NCBI GenBank assembly: GCA_964585685.1
Contig: CAZPEP010000039.1
Location: 21,043-85,042, forward strand
DNA from: an uncultured Eubacteriales bacterium
GTDB lineage: Bacteria > Acidobacteriota > Aminicenantia > Aminicenantales > Saccharicenantaceae
Direction of reading: 5' to 3'
DNA: 64,000 bases
Shown here: piece after piece, positions 9,410 through 17,223 of the stretch
Position numbering within the stretch: position 1 is the stretch's first letter
Layout: the number at the start of each line of letters is the position of its first letter
Notes under the pieces: generated by a model
Database searches by the model: none
Told to the model about the DNA's origin: nothing
What the model saw: only the letters and a program-made list of their open reading frames with translations
Made by a program: the position numbers and the translations under genes

Positions 9410-10608
9410 AGGTCCAAATCCCCATCGGGCCCCAGCATCCGGCCCTCAAGGAGCCGATCAGCCTGCGAATGACGGTCGACGGGGAGGTCATCACCGACGC
9501 CGACCTCCGCCTGGGCTACAACCATCGCGGCCTGGAGAAACTGGCCGAGGAAAAGACCTGGATCCAGAACATCTACCTCACCGAGCGCATCTGCGGCATC
9601 TGCTCGCACTCCCACGCGACCTGCTTCGTCCAGGGAGCGGAGAAGCTCCTCGAGATTGAGGCCCCGCGGCGCGGTCAGTACATCCGCTATCTCGTCTCCG
9701 AGCTCGAACGGGTCCACAGCCACCTCCTCTGGCTCGGCGTCGCCGGCCACGAAGCGGGCTTCGATTCGTTCTTCATGTACACCTGGCGGGATCGCGAGGT
9801 CGTCATGGACCTCCTGGAGATGATCTCCGGCAACCGCGTCCACTACGCCATCAACACCCTCGGCGGCGTCCGCCGCGACCTCGACGACGCCCTGAAGGGG
9901 AAGATCCTCGGTTCGCTGGACCTCCTCCGCGAACGGACCAAGTACTACCTGATGATAGGGGCGAACGAACCCAGCTTTACGGGCCGCCTGGCCAACGTCG
10001 GATACCTGTCGAAGGAGGACGCGCTCGCCCTCTGTGCCGTCGGGCCGACAGCTCGGGCCTCGGGCGTCGCCCAGGACGTGCGCAAGGACGACCCCTACGG
10101 CATCTACGGGGAGGTCCCCTTCGAGGTCTGCACGGCCGATTCGTGCGACGTCCTCGGCCGAACCGTCGTCCGCATCAAGGAGCTTCTCCAGTCCTACAAC
10201 ATCATCGAGTTCCTGCTGAAGAACCTCCCGCCCGGGCCCGTGGCCGTCCGGGCCCCCCGCAAGGCCAAGCCGGGCGAAGTCGTCAGCCGCTACGAGGCGC
10301 CCCGGGGCGAGAACATGCATTACATCAAGGCCAACGGCACGGACAAGCCCGAGCGGCTCAAGGTTCGGGCCCCGACGCTGGCCAATTACGCCGCGACCAT
10401 CAAGATGCTCAAGAACGGGTTTATCGCCGACATCCCGCTGATCTTCGCCGCCATCGACCCGTGCATCTGCTGCGCCGAGCGGACCGTCGAGGTCGTCGAC
10501 GCCCGGAGCGGCGAAGGCCGCGTCCTCCGGTTCAGCGAACTTCGACGAGCGGCCGCCGAGCGGTATAAGAACGTCTCACAGAAAGGGAATGCGGCATGGC
10601 CGTTCTAA
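9406..10608 (+). CDS. Group 4 [NiFe]-hydrogenase large (catalytic) subunit
   Basis: L1 motif ERICGICSHSH and L2 motif DPCICCAER intact; 41-aa C-terminal extension after the Arg. Confidence 0.93.
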   Translation: MKVQIPIGPQHPALKEPISLRMTVDGEVITDADLRLGYNHRGLEKLAEEKTWIQNIYLTERICGICSHSHATCFVQGAEKLLEIEAPRRGQYIRYLVSELERVHSHLLWLGVAGHEAGFDSFFMYTWRDREVVMDLLEMISGNRVHYAINTLGGVRRDLDDALKGKILGSLDLLRERTKYYLMIGANEPSFTGRLANVGYLSKEDALALCAVGPTARASGVAQDVRKDDPYGIYGEVPFEVCTADSCDVLGRTVVRIKELLQSYNIIEFLLKNLPPGPVAVRAPRKAKPGEVVSRYEAPRGENMHYIKANGTDKPERLKVRAPTLANYAATIKMLKNGFIADIPLIFAAIDPCICCAERTVEVVDARSGEGRVLRFSELRRAAAERYKNVSQKGNAAWPF

Positions 10609-11567
10609 GAACCCTCCTCTATCTGCTGGTCTATCCGGGGCTCCTCTTCCTCTTCGTCTATTCCACCTTCTGCGAGTGGTTCGACCGCAAGGTCTACGCC
10701 CGCCTCCAGAACAGGATGGGCCCGACCCATACGGGCAAGTGGGGCCTCCTCCAGCCCGTGGCCGACTTCGTCAAGCTCATGTCCAAGGAGGACATCGTCC
10801 CGGACCTGGCCGACAAACGCTTGTTCACGATCCTCCCCATCTTCGGGCTGGCCGTCGTCGCAGCCGCCGGCCTGCTCCTCCCGGTCTGGAACTTCGACCT
10901 CGCGGTCCCCGGACCGACCTCCTTCGCCGGCGACATCGTCGTCATCCTATATATGCTGAGCCTGCCGACCCTCGTCTTCTTCCTGGCCGGATGGGCCTCG
11001 ACGAGCTTCTTTGCGACGATTGGCGCGACCCGCGTCCTAACCATGCTCTTCGGATACGAAGTGCCGCTGTTCCTCTCGGTCCTCAGCCCGGCCCTCCTGG
11101 CCGGATCCTGGCGCCTCGCCGAGATCGCCCGGTTCTATCAGCAGAAGCCCCTCCTCATCCTCCCCAACCTCCTGGGTTTCGTCGTCGCCCTCATCGCCGT
11201 TCAGGCCAAGCTCGAGCGGACCCCATTCGACATCCCCCATGCCGAGACCGAGGTTGTCGGCGGGACCTTCACCGAATACTCGGGAAAGAAGCTGGCCTTC
11301 TTCCGCCTGATGACGGACATCGAGATGGTCGTTTCGGCGGGCTTGCTCTCCGCCGTCTTTCTGGCCGGGTTTCCGGGCGGCGCCCTCCTCGGCTTTGCTA
11401 ACTTCGTCGTAAAGACCCTGTTCGTCATCTTCCTCCTCTCCCTGATGCGGGCGTTGACCTCTCGGATCCGCGTCGACCAAGTCGTCTCGTTCGCCTGGAA
11501 GTACTTGGCCCCGCTGGCCGTCCTCCAGCTCCTCATCGTCATCCTGATCAAGGGATTCCTGCCATGA
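10596..11567 (+). CDS. NuoH/MbhM-like membrane subunit
   Basis: DRKVYARLQNRMGP, LLQPVADFVKL, RTPFDIPHAETEVVGG motifs. Confidence 0.92.
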   Translation: MAVLRTLLYLLVYPGLLFLFVYSTFCEWFDRKVYARLQNRMGPTHTGKWGLLQPVADFVKLMSKEDIVPDLADKRLFTILPIFGLAVVAAAGLLLPVWNFDLAVPGPTSFAGDIVVILYMLSLPTLVFFLAGWASTSFFATIGATRVLTMLFGYEVPLFLSVLSPALLAGSWRLAEIARFYQQKPLLILPNLLGFVVALIAVQAKLERTPFDIPHAETEVVGGTFTEYSGKKLAFFRLMTDIEMVVSAGLLSAVFLAGFPGGALLGFANFVVKTLFVIFLLSLMRALTSRIRVDQVVSFAWKYLAPLAVLQLLIVILIKGFLP

Positions 11568-11995
11568 AGATAGCCGCCTTCCTCCCGGAGCTCCTTCGCC
11601 ATCTCTTCAAGAAGCCCGCCACCGTAGACTACCCGTTCAAGAAGCTCGCGGTCCCGAAGGATTTCCGCGGGACGCCGTTCCTCCATCCCGCGTTGTGCAT
11701 CGCCTGCCGGGCCTGCGAGCGGGACTGCCCTGCCGAGGCCATCGAGATCACGTCGGTGAGCGACGTCGAGAAGCGCTTCAAGATGATCATCCACAACGAC
11801 CGGTGCATCCACTGCGCCCAGTGCGTAGATTCCTGCCCGACGACGCCGGTGAAGGCGATGGACATGGACGACAAGTTCGAGATCGCGGTCTTCGACCGGC
11901 ACGACCTTAAGGCCGAATGGGAGTACGCCCGGGCCGTCCAGAAGCCCAAGGCCCCGGCCGCCCCCGCTGCCCCGAAAACCGAAGCCCCGGCCTGA
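11564..11995 (+). CDS. 2x[4Fe-4S] ferredoxin-like subunit (NuoI/MbhN-like)
   Basis: CIACRACERDCP and CIHCAQCVDSCP; Pro/Ala-rich tail. Confidence 0.92.
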   Translation: MKIAAFLPELLRHLFKKPATVDYPFKKLAVPKDFRGTPFLHPALCIACRACERDCPAEAIEITSVSDVEKRFKMIIHNDRCIHCAQCVDSCPTTPVKAMDMDDKFEIAVFDRHDLKAEWEYARAVQKPKAPAAPAAPKTEAPA

Positions 11996-12079
11996 AGGGC
12001 TTGGAAGGCTGCCCCTTGCCCCCGTGCTGCCAGCCTTCTGGCTCCAAACAAAATTTGGCCCATGCGCTAGATGATCGCG

Positions 12080-12088
12080 TGCTATAAT
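12080..12088 (+). promoter_or_regulatory. Extended -10 promoter for the maturation protease
   Basis: TG-C-TATAAT about 40 nt upstream of ATG 12128; no clear -35. Confidence 0.5.
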
Positions 12089-12127
12089 GCATACACTGAG
12101 AACGAAGGACACGCGGAACGGAGAGAG

Positions 12128-12646
12128 ATGCCTAAAGACTGGAAGAAAGCGCTGGCGGCGGGCCTGAAAGGGAAGGGCCGCATCGTTATCATGGGCGTCG
12201 GGAACCCGCTAAAGGGGGACGACGCGGCGGGGCTCCTATGCGCCGAGGCCCTCCTGAAGGGCATCCCCGCGAAGGACCGGCGCGGGGTCAAGATCCTCCG
12301 CGCTTACGATGTCCCCGAGAACTACACCGGCATCATCCGGAAGTTCCGGCCGACGCGGGTCATCATCATCGACGCCGCCTTGGCCGGGCTTAAGCCGGGA
12401 GAGATCTTCGTCCTGGAAAAGGAGAAGATCGCCATCGAGGAGATTTCCAGCCACAAGATTCCGCTCATGGTCCTCATCGCCTACCTGGAGCAGAGCATCG
12501 AATGCAAGGTCACGGTCCTCGGCATCCAAGCCAAGGACCTGTCGTTCGGCGCCCCGGTCAGCCCGATCATTAAAACCGCGGTCAAGACGGCCTCGGATTT
12601 CTTGGCCGGGATCATCGCCGGCGCCACCCCGGAGAAAAGATCTTAG
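12128..12646 (+). CDS. hycI: Hydrogenase 3-type maturation endopeptidase
   Basis: IVIMGVGNPLKGDDAAG, DVPENY, IIIDAA, SSHKIPL; adjacent to a large subunit with a cleavable tail. Confidence 0.88.
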   Translation: MPKDWKKALAAGLKGKGRIVIMGVGNPLKGDDAAGLLCAEALLKGIPAKDRRGVKILRAYDVPENYTGIIRKFRPTRVIIIDAALAGLKPGEIFVLEKEKIAIEEISSHKIPLMVLIAYLEQSIECKVTVLGIQAKDLSFGAPVSPIIKTAVKTASDFLAGIIAGATPEKRS

Positions 12647-12688
12647 CTCGGGCACTTCCGTTATTTTGTTTTAGCCGTTCGCCGACGC

Positions 12689-12784
12689 TCCCCCGCCATG
12701 AAAGGCGGGGATGCAGAGCGCGAAGCGAGGCTTAGGCTTAACCCCGAACAAACCCCGGTATTCGTGCCGGGGAGTCGAGGGGTT
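12689..12784. repeat. Two GC-rich hairpins between convergent hycI and dnaN (terminator and/or IS200/IS605-end-like remnant)
   Basis: CCCCGCC-ATGAAA-GGCGGGG (12691-12710); CCCCGG-TATTCGTG-CCGGGG nested in AACCCC...GGGGTT (12740-12784). Confidence 0.6.
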
Positions 12785-12805
12785 GGCTCGTATCGCCGGT
12801 CTCGC

Positions 12806-13903
12806 CTAGATTTTCATAGGCATAAGGACATAGATGTTCTTTATATCCTCTTCGTGTTCGGGTTTAAGGAGGACGGCGCTGTTCTCGTCCTTGATCTCGA
12901 ACGAGACGTTCTCGGAGGTCACGGTCATCAGGAAATCGAGAAGGTATTGGGCGTTGAAACCGATCTCGACGTCCTCTCCTTTGTAATCCACGGTCAGCTT
13001 GTCCCGGGCTTCGCCGATCTCGGGGTTCGAAGAGAAGAGACGGATGCGGTTCTTTTCCAGGTAGAACTTGATGCCCTTGGAGCGCTCCGCGGAGAGGAGA
13101 TAGACCCTCCGAACCGCGCCGGCGAGCTCTTCACGGGAAAGGGTGAGGGTGTTCGGGTTGTCCTTCGGGATAACCGCCTTATAGTTCGGAAATTTGCTTT
13201 CGATGACTCGTGAAATCAGAGTCCGGTTGTTGACCCTGAAGAATAGATTATTGTCGTCGAGGTCGAATTCGAGCGTTTCGTCGTCGAACTTACGGAGTTC
13301 ACTGAGCGTCTTTTTCGCCACGATGACGCTCAGGTCCTTATCCATCTTCAGGCCGTCGACCGGCCTGGAAACATAAGACAGCCGGTGTCCGTCCGTGCTG
13401 ACGAGCTCCATTTCCTTATTCCGGAGCGTTAGGAGGGCCCCGTTGAGATAATATCTCTGCTCCTGGGTGATCGCGTAATAGACCCGATCGATCATATCCT
13501 TGAATCCCGCCAAGGGGAGTCGGATATCCTTCTCGAAGCGGGGCTCCGGGACCTGGGGGTAGTCCTCTTTCGGCAGGCAGAGGACTTTGAACTCGCTCTC
13601 TCCGGCGCGAATCTCGAGCTGATCGTCCTTCATCTCGAAGACGACGTTCCCCCCTTCGGCGAGCGATTTGACGATCTCAAAGATCTTCTTCCCGTTGACG
13701 GTGACCGCTCCGGGTTTTTCGATGTCGGCGGCAAAATGCGTCTTTAACCCGACCTCGAGGTCCGTCCCCGTGAGCTCGACCTCGTCCTTGGTGACGTTCA
13801 TTAGGACGTTGGCGAGGATGGGCATCGTGTTCCGCTTCTCGACGATTCCCTGGAGAAGCTGAAGTTCCACGAGGATGTTTTCCTTGGGAATGGTGAATCT
13901 CAT
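12806..13903 (-). CDS. dnaN: DNA polymerase III beta sliding clamp
   Basis: GTDLEVG, STDGHRLS, FPNYKAVIP, IGFNAQYLLD, VLMPMKI; follows dnaA. Confidence 0.97.
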   Translation of the reverse strand: MRFTIPKENILVELQLLQGIVEKRNTMPILANVLMNVTKDEVELTGTDLEVGLKTHFAADIEKPGAVTVNGKKIFEIVKSLAEGGNVVFEMKDDQLEIRAGESEFKVLCLPKEDYPQVPEPRFEKDIRLPLAGFKDMIDRVYYAITQEQRYYLNGALLTLRNKEMELVSTDGHRLSYVSRPVDGLKMDKDLSVIVAKKTLSELRKFDDETLEFDLDDNNLFFRVNNRTLISRVIESKFPNYKAVIPKDNPNTLTLSREELAGAVRRVYLLSAERSKGIKFYLEKNRIRLFSSNPEIGEARDKLTVDYKGEDVEIGFNAQYLLDFLMTVTSENVSFEIKDENSAVLLKPEHEEDIKNIYVLMPMKI

Positions 13904-14018
13904 TTTTCCACCTTTCAACAACTCTTAATATATTTCCTGAATAGATAAATATCAATAGGGATTAAAGAATAAGAAAAGGAGTGGAAATGTGCAAAACCCA
14001 CGCAAGTCACTGTTACAC
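13904..14018. promoter_or_regulatory. oriC unwinding region candidate (dnaA-dnaN spacer)
   Basis: Strongly AT-rich 13921-13980 in a GC-rich region; degenerate DnaA boxes AGTGGAAAT (13980-13988), TGTGCAAAA (13988-13996), TTTTCCACC (13904-13912). Confidence 0.65.
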
Positions 14019-15350
14019 TCATTGGATGAAGCTGATCAGGCTGTTGATTTCCTTGTTGAATTCCGGGTCGTCGGCCCTCATTTTCTCGATCTTGCGGACG
14101 CTGTGGATGACCGTCGTATGATGTTTTCCACCGAACTTCTTGCCGATCTCAGGCAGGGAGGCCTTGGTCAGCTCTTTGGAAAGATACATGGCGACTTGCC
14201 TGGGGAAGGCGACCTTCGGGGAGTTATTCTTGGCCTTGAGCTGAGAGGACTTGATCTTGAACCGGTGGCAGATGAGCTTCTGGATCTTCTCCACGCTGAC
14301 GACGTTCGAGGACGCGTCGAGCAGGCCCTTGAGGGCCTCCTTGGTCAGGTCGAGGTCTATCTTTTCCCCCTTGAGGGAGGAATAGGCGATGACCCGTCGG
14401 AGGTAGCCCTCGAGCTCGCGGATGTTGGAATGGACCTTGTCGGCCACGTAGAGGGCAACGCTCTCAGGGAGACTGATGTCCTCCATGTCCGCCTTCTTCT
14501 TGAGGATGGCGATTCGCGTCTCGATGTCCGGGGGCTTGAGGTCGGCGATCAGGCCCCACTCGAAGCGCGAACGGAATCGCTCCTCGAGGTGAGGAATTTC
14601 CTTCGGGGGACAGTCGCTGGAGATTACGATCTGCTTCTGGCTATCGTAGAGGTGGTTGAACGTGTGGAAGAATTCCTCCTTCGTCCGTTCGCGGCCGCCG
14701 AGATAGTGGATGTCGTCCATGAGGAGGACGTCCACGCTCCGATACTTCTCCCGGAAGTCCAGGATCTTCCCGTATTGGAGGTGGTTAATGAGGTCGTTCA
14801 TGAACTTTTCTGTCGTAATATATAGGACCTTGAGGCGCGCGTTACTCGCCAGGGCGCTCTGGCCGATGGCGTTCATCAGGTGGGTCTTCCCGAGCCCTGC
14901 CCCGCCGTAGATGTAAAGAGGGTTGTACGCCTTGGCCGGCGTCTTGGCGACCGCGATCGCCGCCGCGTTGGCGAACTGGTTGCATGAGCCGATGACGAAA
15001 TTCTCGAACGTATAGTTGGGGTTCAGGTTGGGGTTGAGGAACGCGCCCGGCTTCGCCTTCCGGTCCTCGGGGGACTTCCGGATGAACGCCGAGGGCGTTT
15101 CGTCGAATATGTACTTGATATCGAAGACCTTGCCGAAGATATCCTTCGAGCATTCGTTGAGGAGAGCGGAATAGTGGAACGAAAGCCAGTCCCGGAAATA
15201 GGAATTGGGGACCTTGATGTAGATCGCCTCCCCTTCCTCTCCGATGTATCCCGTCGGCTCGAACCAGGTCTCGAAGCTGTTGGCGTCGATCTTTTTCTGG
15301 ATCGCTTGGACGATGCGAAGCCAAGGGTTAGTTTTATCTATAGGTTCCAT
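14019..15350 (-). CDS. dnaA: Chromosomal replication initiator protein
   Basis: Walker A GGAGLGKTHL, LLMDDIH, SRFEWGL, SNIRELEG, C-terminal GGKHHTTVIHS; start moved to MEPIDK. Confidence 0.98.
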   Translation of the reverse strand: MEPIDKTNPWLRIVQAIQKKIDANSFETWFEPTGYIGEEGEAIYIKVPNSYFRDWLSFHYSALLNECSKDIFGKVFDIKYIFDETPSAFIRKSPEDRKAKPGAFLNPNLNPNYTFENFVIGSCNQFANAAAIAVAKTPAKAYNPLYIYGGAGLGKTHLMNAIGQSALASNARLKVLYITTEKFMNDLINHLQYGKILDFREKYRSVDVLLMDDIHYLGGRERTKEEFFHTFNHLYDSQKQIVISSDCPPKEIPHLEERFRSRFEWGLIADLKPPDIETRIAILKKKADMEDISLPESVALYVADKVHSNIRELEGYLRRVIAYSSLKGEKIDLDLTKEALKGLLDASSNVVSVEKIQKLICHRFKIKSSQLKAKNNSPKVAFPRQVAMYLSKELTKASLPEIGKKFGGKHHTTVIHSVRKIEKMRADDPEFNKEINSLISFIQ

Positions 15351-15363
15351 GGGTATCCGCCAG

Positions 15364-15400
15364 TTTTCCACAGAATTATCCACATCTGTGGATAATTCTG
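15364..15400. promoter_or_regulatory. DnaA box cluster upstream of dnaA
   Basis: TTTTCCACA 15364-15372, TTATCCACA 15376-15384, TGTGGATAA 15387-15395; the last two sit in a perfect 14-bp inverted repeat. Confidence 0.9.
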
Positions 15401-15434
15401 CCCCTTTCTCCGGGGGGCCTGGTGAAGCTATGAG

Positions 15435-15463
15435 ATAATAGCATTCCAGGAGGCCGCTTTCAA
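15435..15463 (-). promoter_or_regulatory. dnaA promoter
   Basis: Minus strand TTGAAA-N17-TATTAT with TG extension; DnaA boxes lie in the leader. Confidence 0.65.
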
Positions 15464-15526
15464 GGTTTATTTTACCTGCGACGGGGGGCAGAAGGCGACC
15501 GGGAGCGGTGTTTGCGGCCCGCCCGC

Positions 15527-16186
15527 TCACCTCGTGAACAGGTATCGCTCCTGGAGCCGCTCTTCGCCGAAGACCGCCTGGAAGAACTTCGTCCTAAGGC
15601 GCGTCGAGAGCTCGTAGAAGGCGTACGAGAAAGGCAGATTAGGGTCGGGATAGGTGCTCGTCTCCTTGAATTCCTTCCTGAGGACCACCTCCCCCGTGCC
15701 CGCGCGGATGAGGGCGAAATCGACCGCGAAGGTATAAAGCCGCCGCTCGGAAAGCCCCTTCTTCTCCTGCCGGAAGGGCCCATCGATCTCCTTGGCGTCT
15801 GCTTCGAGGAGCGCTTTCCGGACCTCCTCCGTATAGAGGATCGTACCGGTCAGAAAGAGGGCGGACCCGGACCCTCCGAGCAGGCCCTTCCAGAACTCCG
15901 AGTCCCCGATAAAGCCGGCCTTGTCGGCGGGAATAAGCCGGCGGAAGACCTTCCCCTCGTACTTCCGGGCCAGTTCGACGTACAGATGGTCGACGAACTC
16001 CTTCCCGATGTCGAAATCCGCGGGGGGGGTCTCCACCCGGAAGTCCGTGACGTAGATTTCGCCGAAGTCCCCGGCGCGAGGCGGCGTGTACCCCGGGATG
16101 CCGAGCCGGACCCGGCGGGCGTTCTCGCTCACACAGGCGAGCTGGAGGAAGCAGGCGGCGGCGGCGATCGCCCTACTTCTTTTCAT
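15527..16186 (-). CDS. Uncharacterised lipoprotein (219 aa)
   Basis: Signal MKRSRAIAAAACFLQLAC; host-like codon use; overlaps the stop of the upstream TPR gene. Confidence 0.7.
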   Translation of the reverse strand: MKRSRAIAAAACFLQLACVSENARRVRLGIPGYTPPRAGDFGEIYVTDFRVETPPADFDIGKEFVDHLYVELARKYEGKVFRRLIPADKAGFIGDSEFWKGLLGGSGSALFLTGTILYTEEVRKALLEADAKEIDGPFRQEKKGLSERRLYTFAVDFALIRAGTGEVVLRKEFKETSTYPDPNLPFSYAFYELSTRLRTKFFQAVFGEERLQERYLFTR

Positions 16187-16529
16187 CCGTTTCCTTCCAG
16201 ACATCCAGATTCCCTTGGAACCGGTCGAAGTTGTCCTTGACGTACGTGTTCGACGGGTCGAGCTCGAGCGCCTTCTTGTATTCCTTCCGGGCGGCCTCCC
16301 ACCGGCCTTTTTTCTCGTAAGCGACCGCGAGATTATTATGGGCGGATACGGAACGGGGGGAGAGCTCCACCGCCTTCTCCCAACGCAGGACGGCTTCGTC
16401 CCATTGTTCGCCTTCCGAGGCCTGGAGCCCGAGCCTGAAGGAATCGTCCCGGAGCGTCCGGGCACAGCCGGCGGAGAGGAGTCCGGCGACGACCGCGGCG
16501 AAGAAGAGGACGAACCCTGTTCGCTTCAT
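16173..16529 (-). CDS. TPR-repeat lipoprotein
   Basis: Lipobox LSAGC; TPR consensus WEKAVELSPRSVSAHNNLAVAYEKKGRWEAARKEYKKALELDP. Confidence 0.85.
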   Translation of the reverse strand: MKRTGFVLFFAAVVAGLLSAGCARTLRDDSFRLGLQASEGEQWDEAVLRWEKAVELSPRSVSAHNNLAVAYEKKGRWEAARKEYKKALELDPSNTYVKDNFDRFQGNLDVWKETDEKK

Positions 16530-16552
16530 GTTGCGCTGCATATCCCGACTTC

Positions 16553-16583
16553 AACCGTATCGCGTTTCCCCAAACGCGTCAAG
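16553..16583 (-). promoter_or_regulatory. Putative promoter of the TPR lipoprotein gene with an inverted repeat in the spacer
   Basis: Minus strand TTGACG-N17-TACGGT; perfect CGCGTTT-CCCC-AAACGCG at 16561-16578. Confidence 0.45.
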
Positions 16584-16968
16584 GCCAACTCAACGCCTCT
16601 TTTGCAGGATTCGTGCCTTAATGCCCCCTCGAGGGAAGCGTGGCTTTTGCCTCGGTCGGCGTAAAACATGTTTACGCGCCTTTCCCCTCGGCCGAAAGAA
16701 CGGCTTTGGGTCGATTCATGCACGGCCGTGATGGGAAGGAGGGCTTTGCATAGAGCTTAACCCCCGGCTCCGCCGATAGCCTCGGGCCCGTCTCCGTGCC
16801 GCGCCCTTGCCGTTTTCATTCGTGCGGGCTAAACCCTCCACGTCCGCTCGGTCCGTCCCGTCCGTGCCCCCAGCCCACGGACCTGGACCACGCTGAGCTG
16901 GATCGCCGTTCTCCAAGTCCTCCGAAGGCGATTCCAGGTCGCGGGTGCGGGTCCGGGACGGTAGCGTG

Positions 16969-16997
16969 TTGCGGCGGTAGAGGTTTTATGGTATAAA
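16969..16997 (+). promoter_or_regulatory. rpmB promoter
   Basis: TTGCGG-N17-TATAAA with TG extension. Confidence 0.55.
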
Positions 16998-17022
16998 AGA
17001 AGCCTCAAAAAGAGAGACCACC

Positions 17023-17214
17023 ATGCCAAAAGTTTGCGAGATTTGTCAGAAGGGGCCCGTTTTCGGGCATAACGTCAGCCATTCCCACAAGTCTTCCCCG
17101 AAGAAGTGGAAGCCCAACCTGCAGAGCGTCAAGGCCCAGACCTCGAAGGGCCCTAAGAAAATATGGGTCTGCACGCGGTGCCTCCGTTCGGGCAAGGTCG
17201 TCAAAGCCGTCTGA
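17023..17214 (+). CDS. rpmB: 50S ribosomal protein L28 (Zn-binding form)
   Basis: MPKVCEIC..GHNVSHS..KWKPNLQ..VCTRCLRSGKV. Confidence 0.97.
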   Translation: MPKVCEICQKGPVFGHNVSHSHKSSPKKWKPNLQSVKAQTSKGPKKIWVCTRCLRSGKVVKAV

Positions 17215-17223
17215 CGGGGCCGG

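Noticed and set aside
9406-10608. Selenocysteine hydrogenase, or Ni-less NuoD/Ehr/Mbx subunit
   Set aside because: There is no in-frame TGA, all four Ni-ligating Cys are present, and a maturation protease is adjacent.
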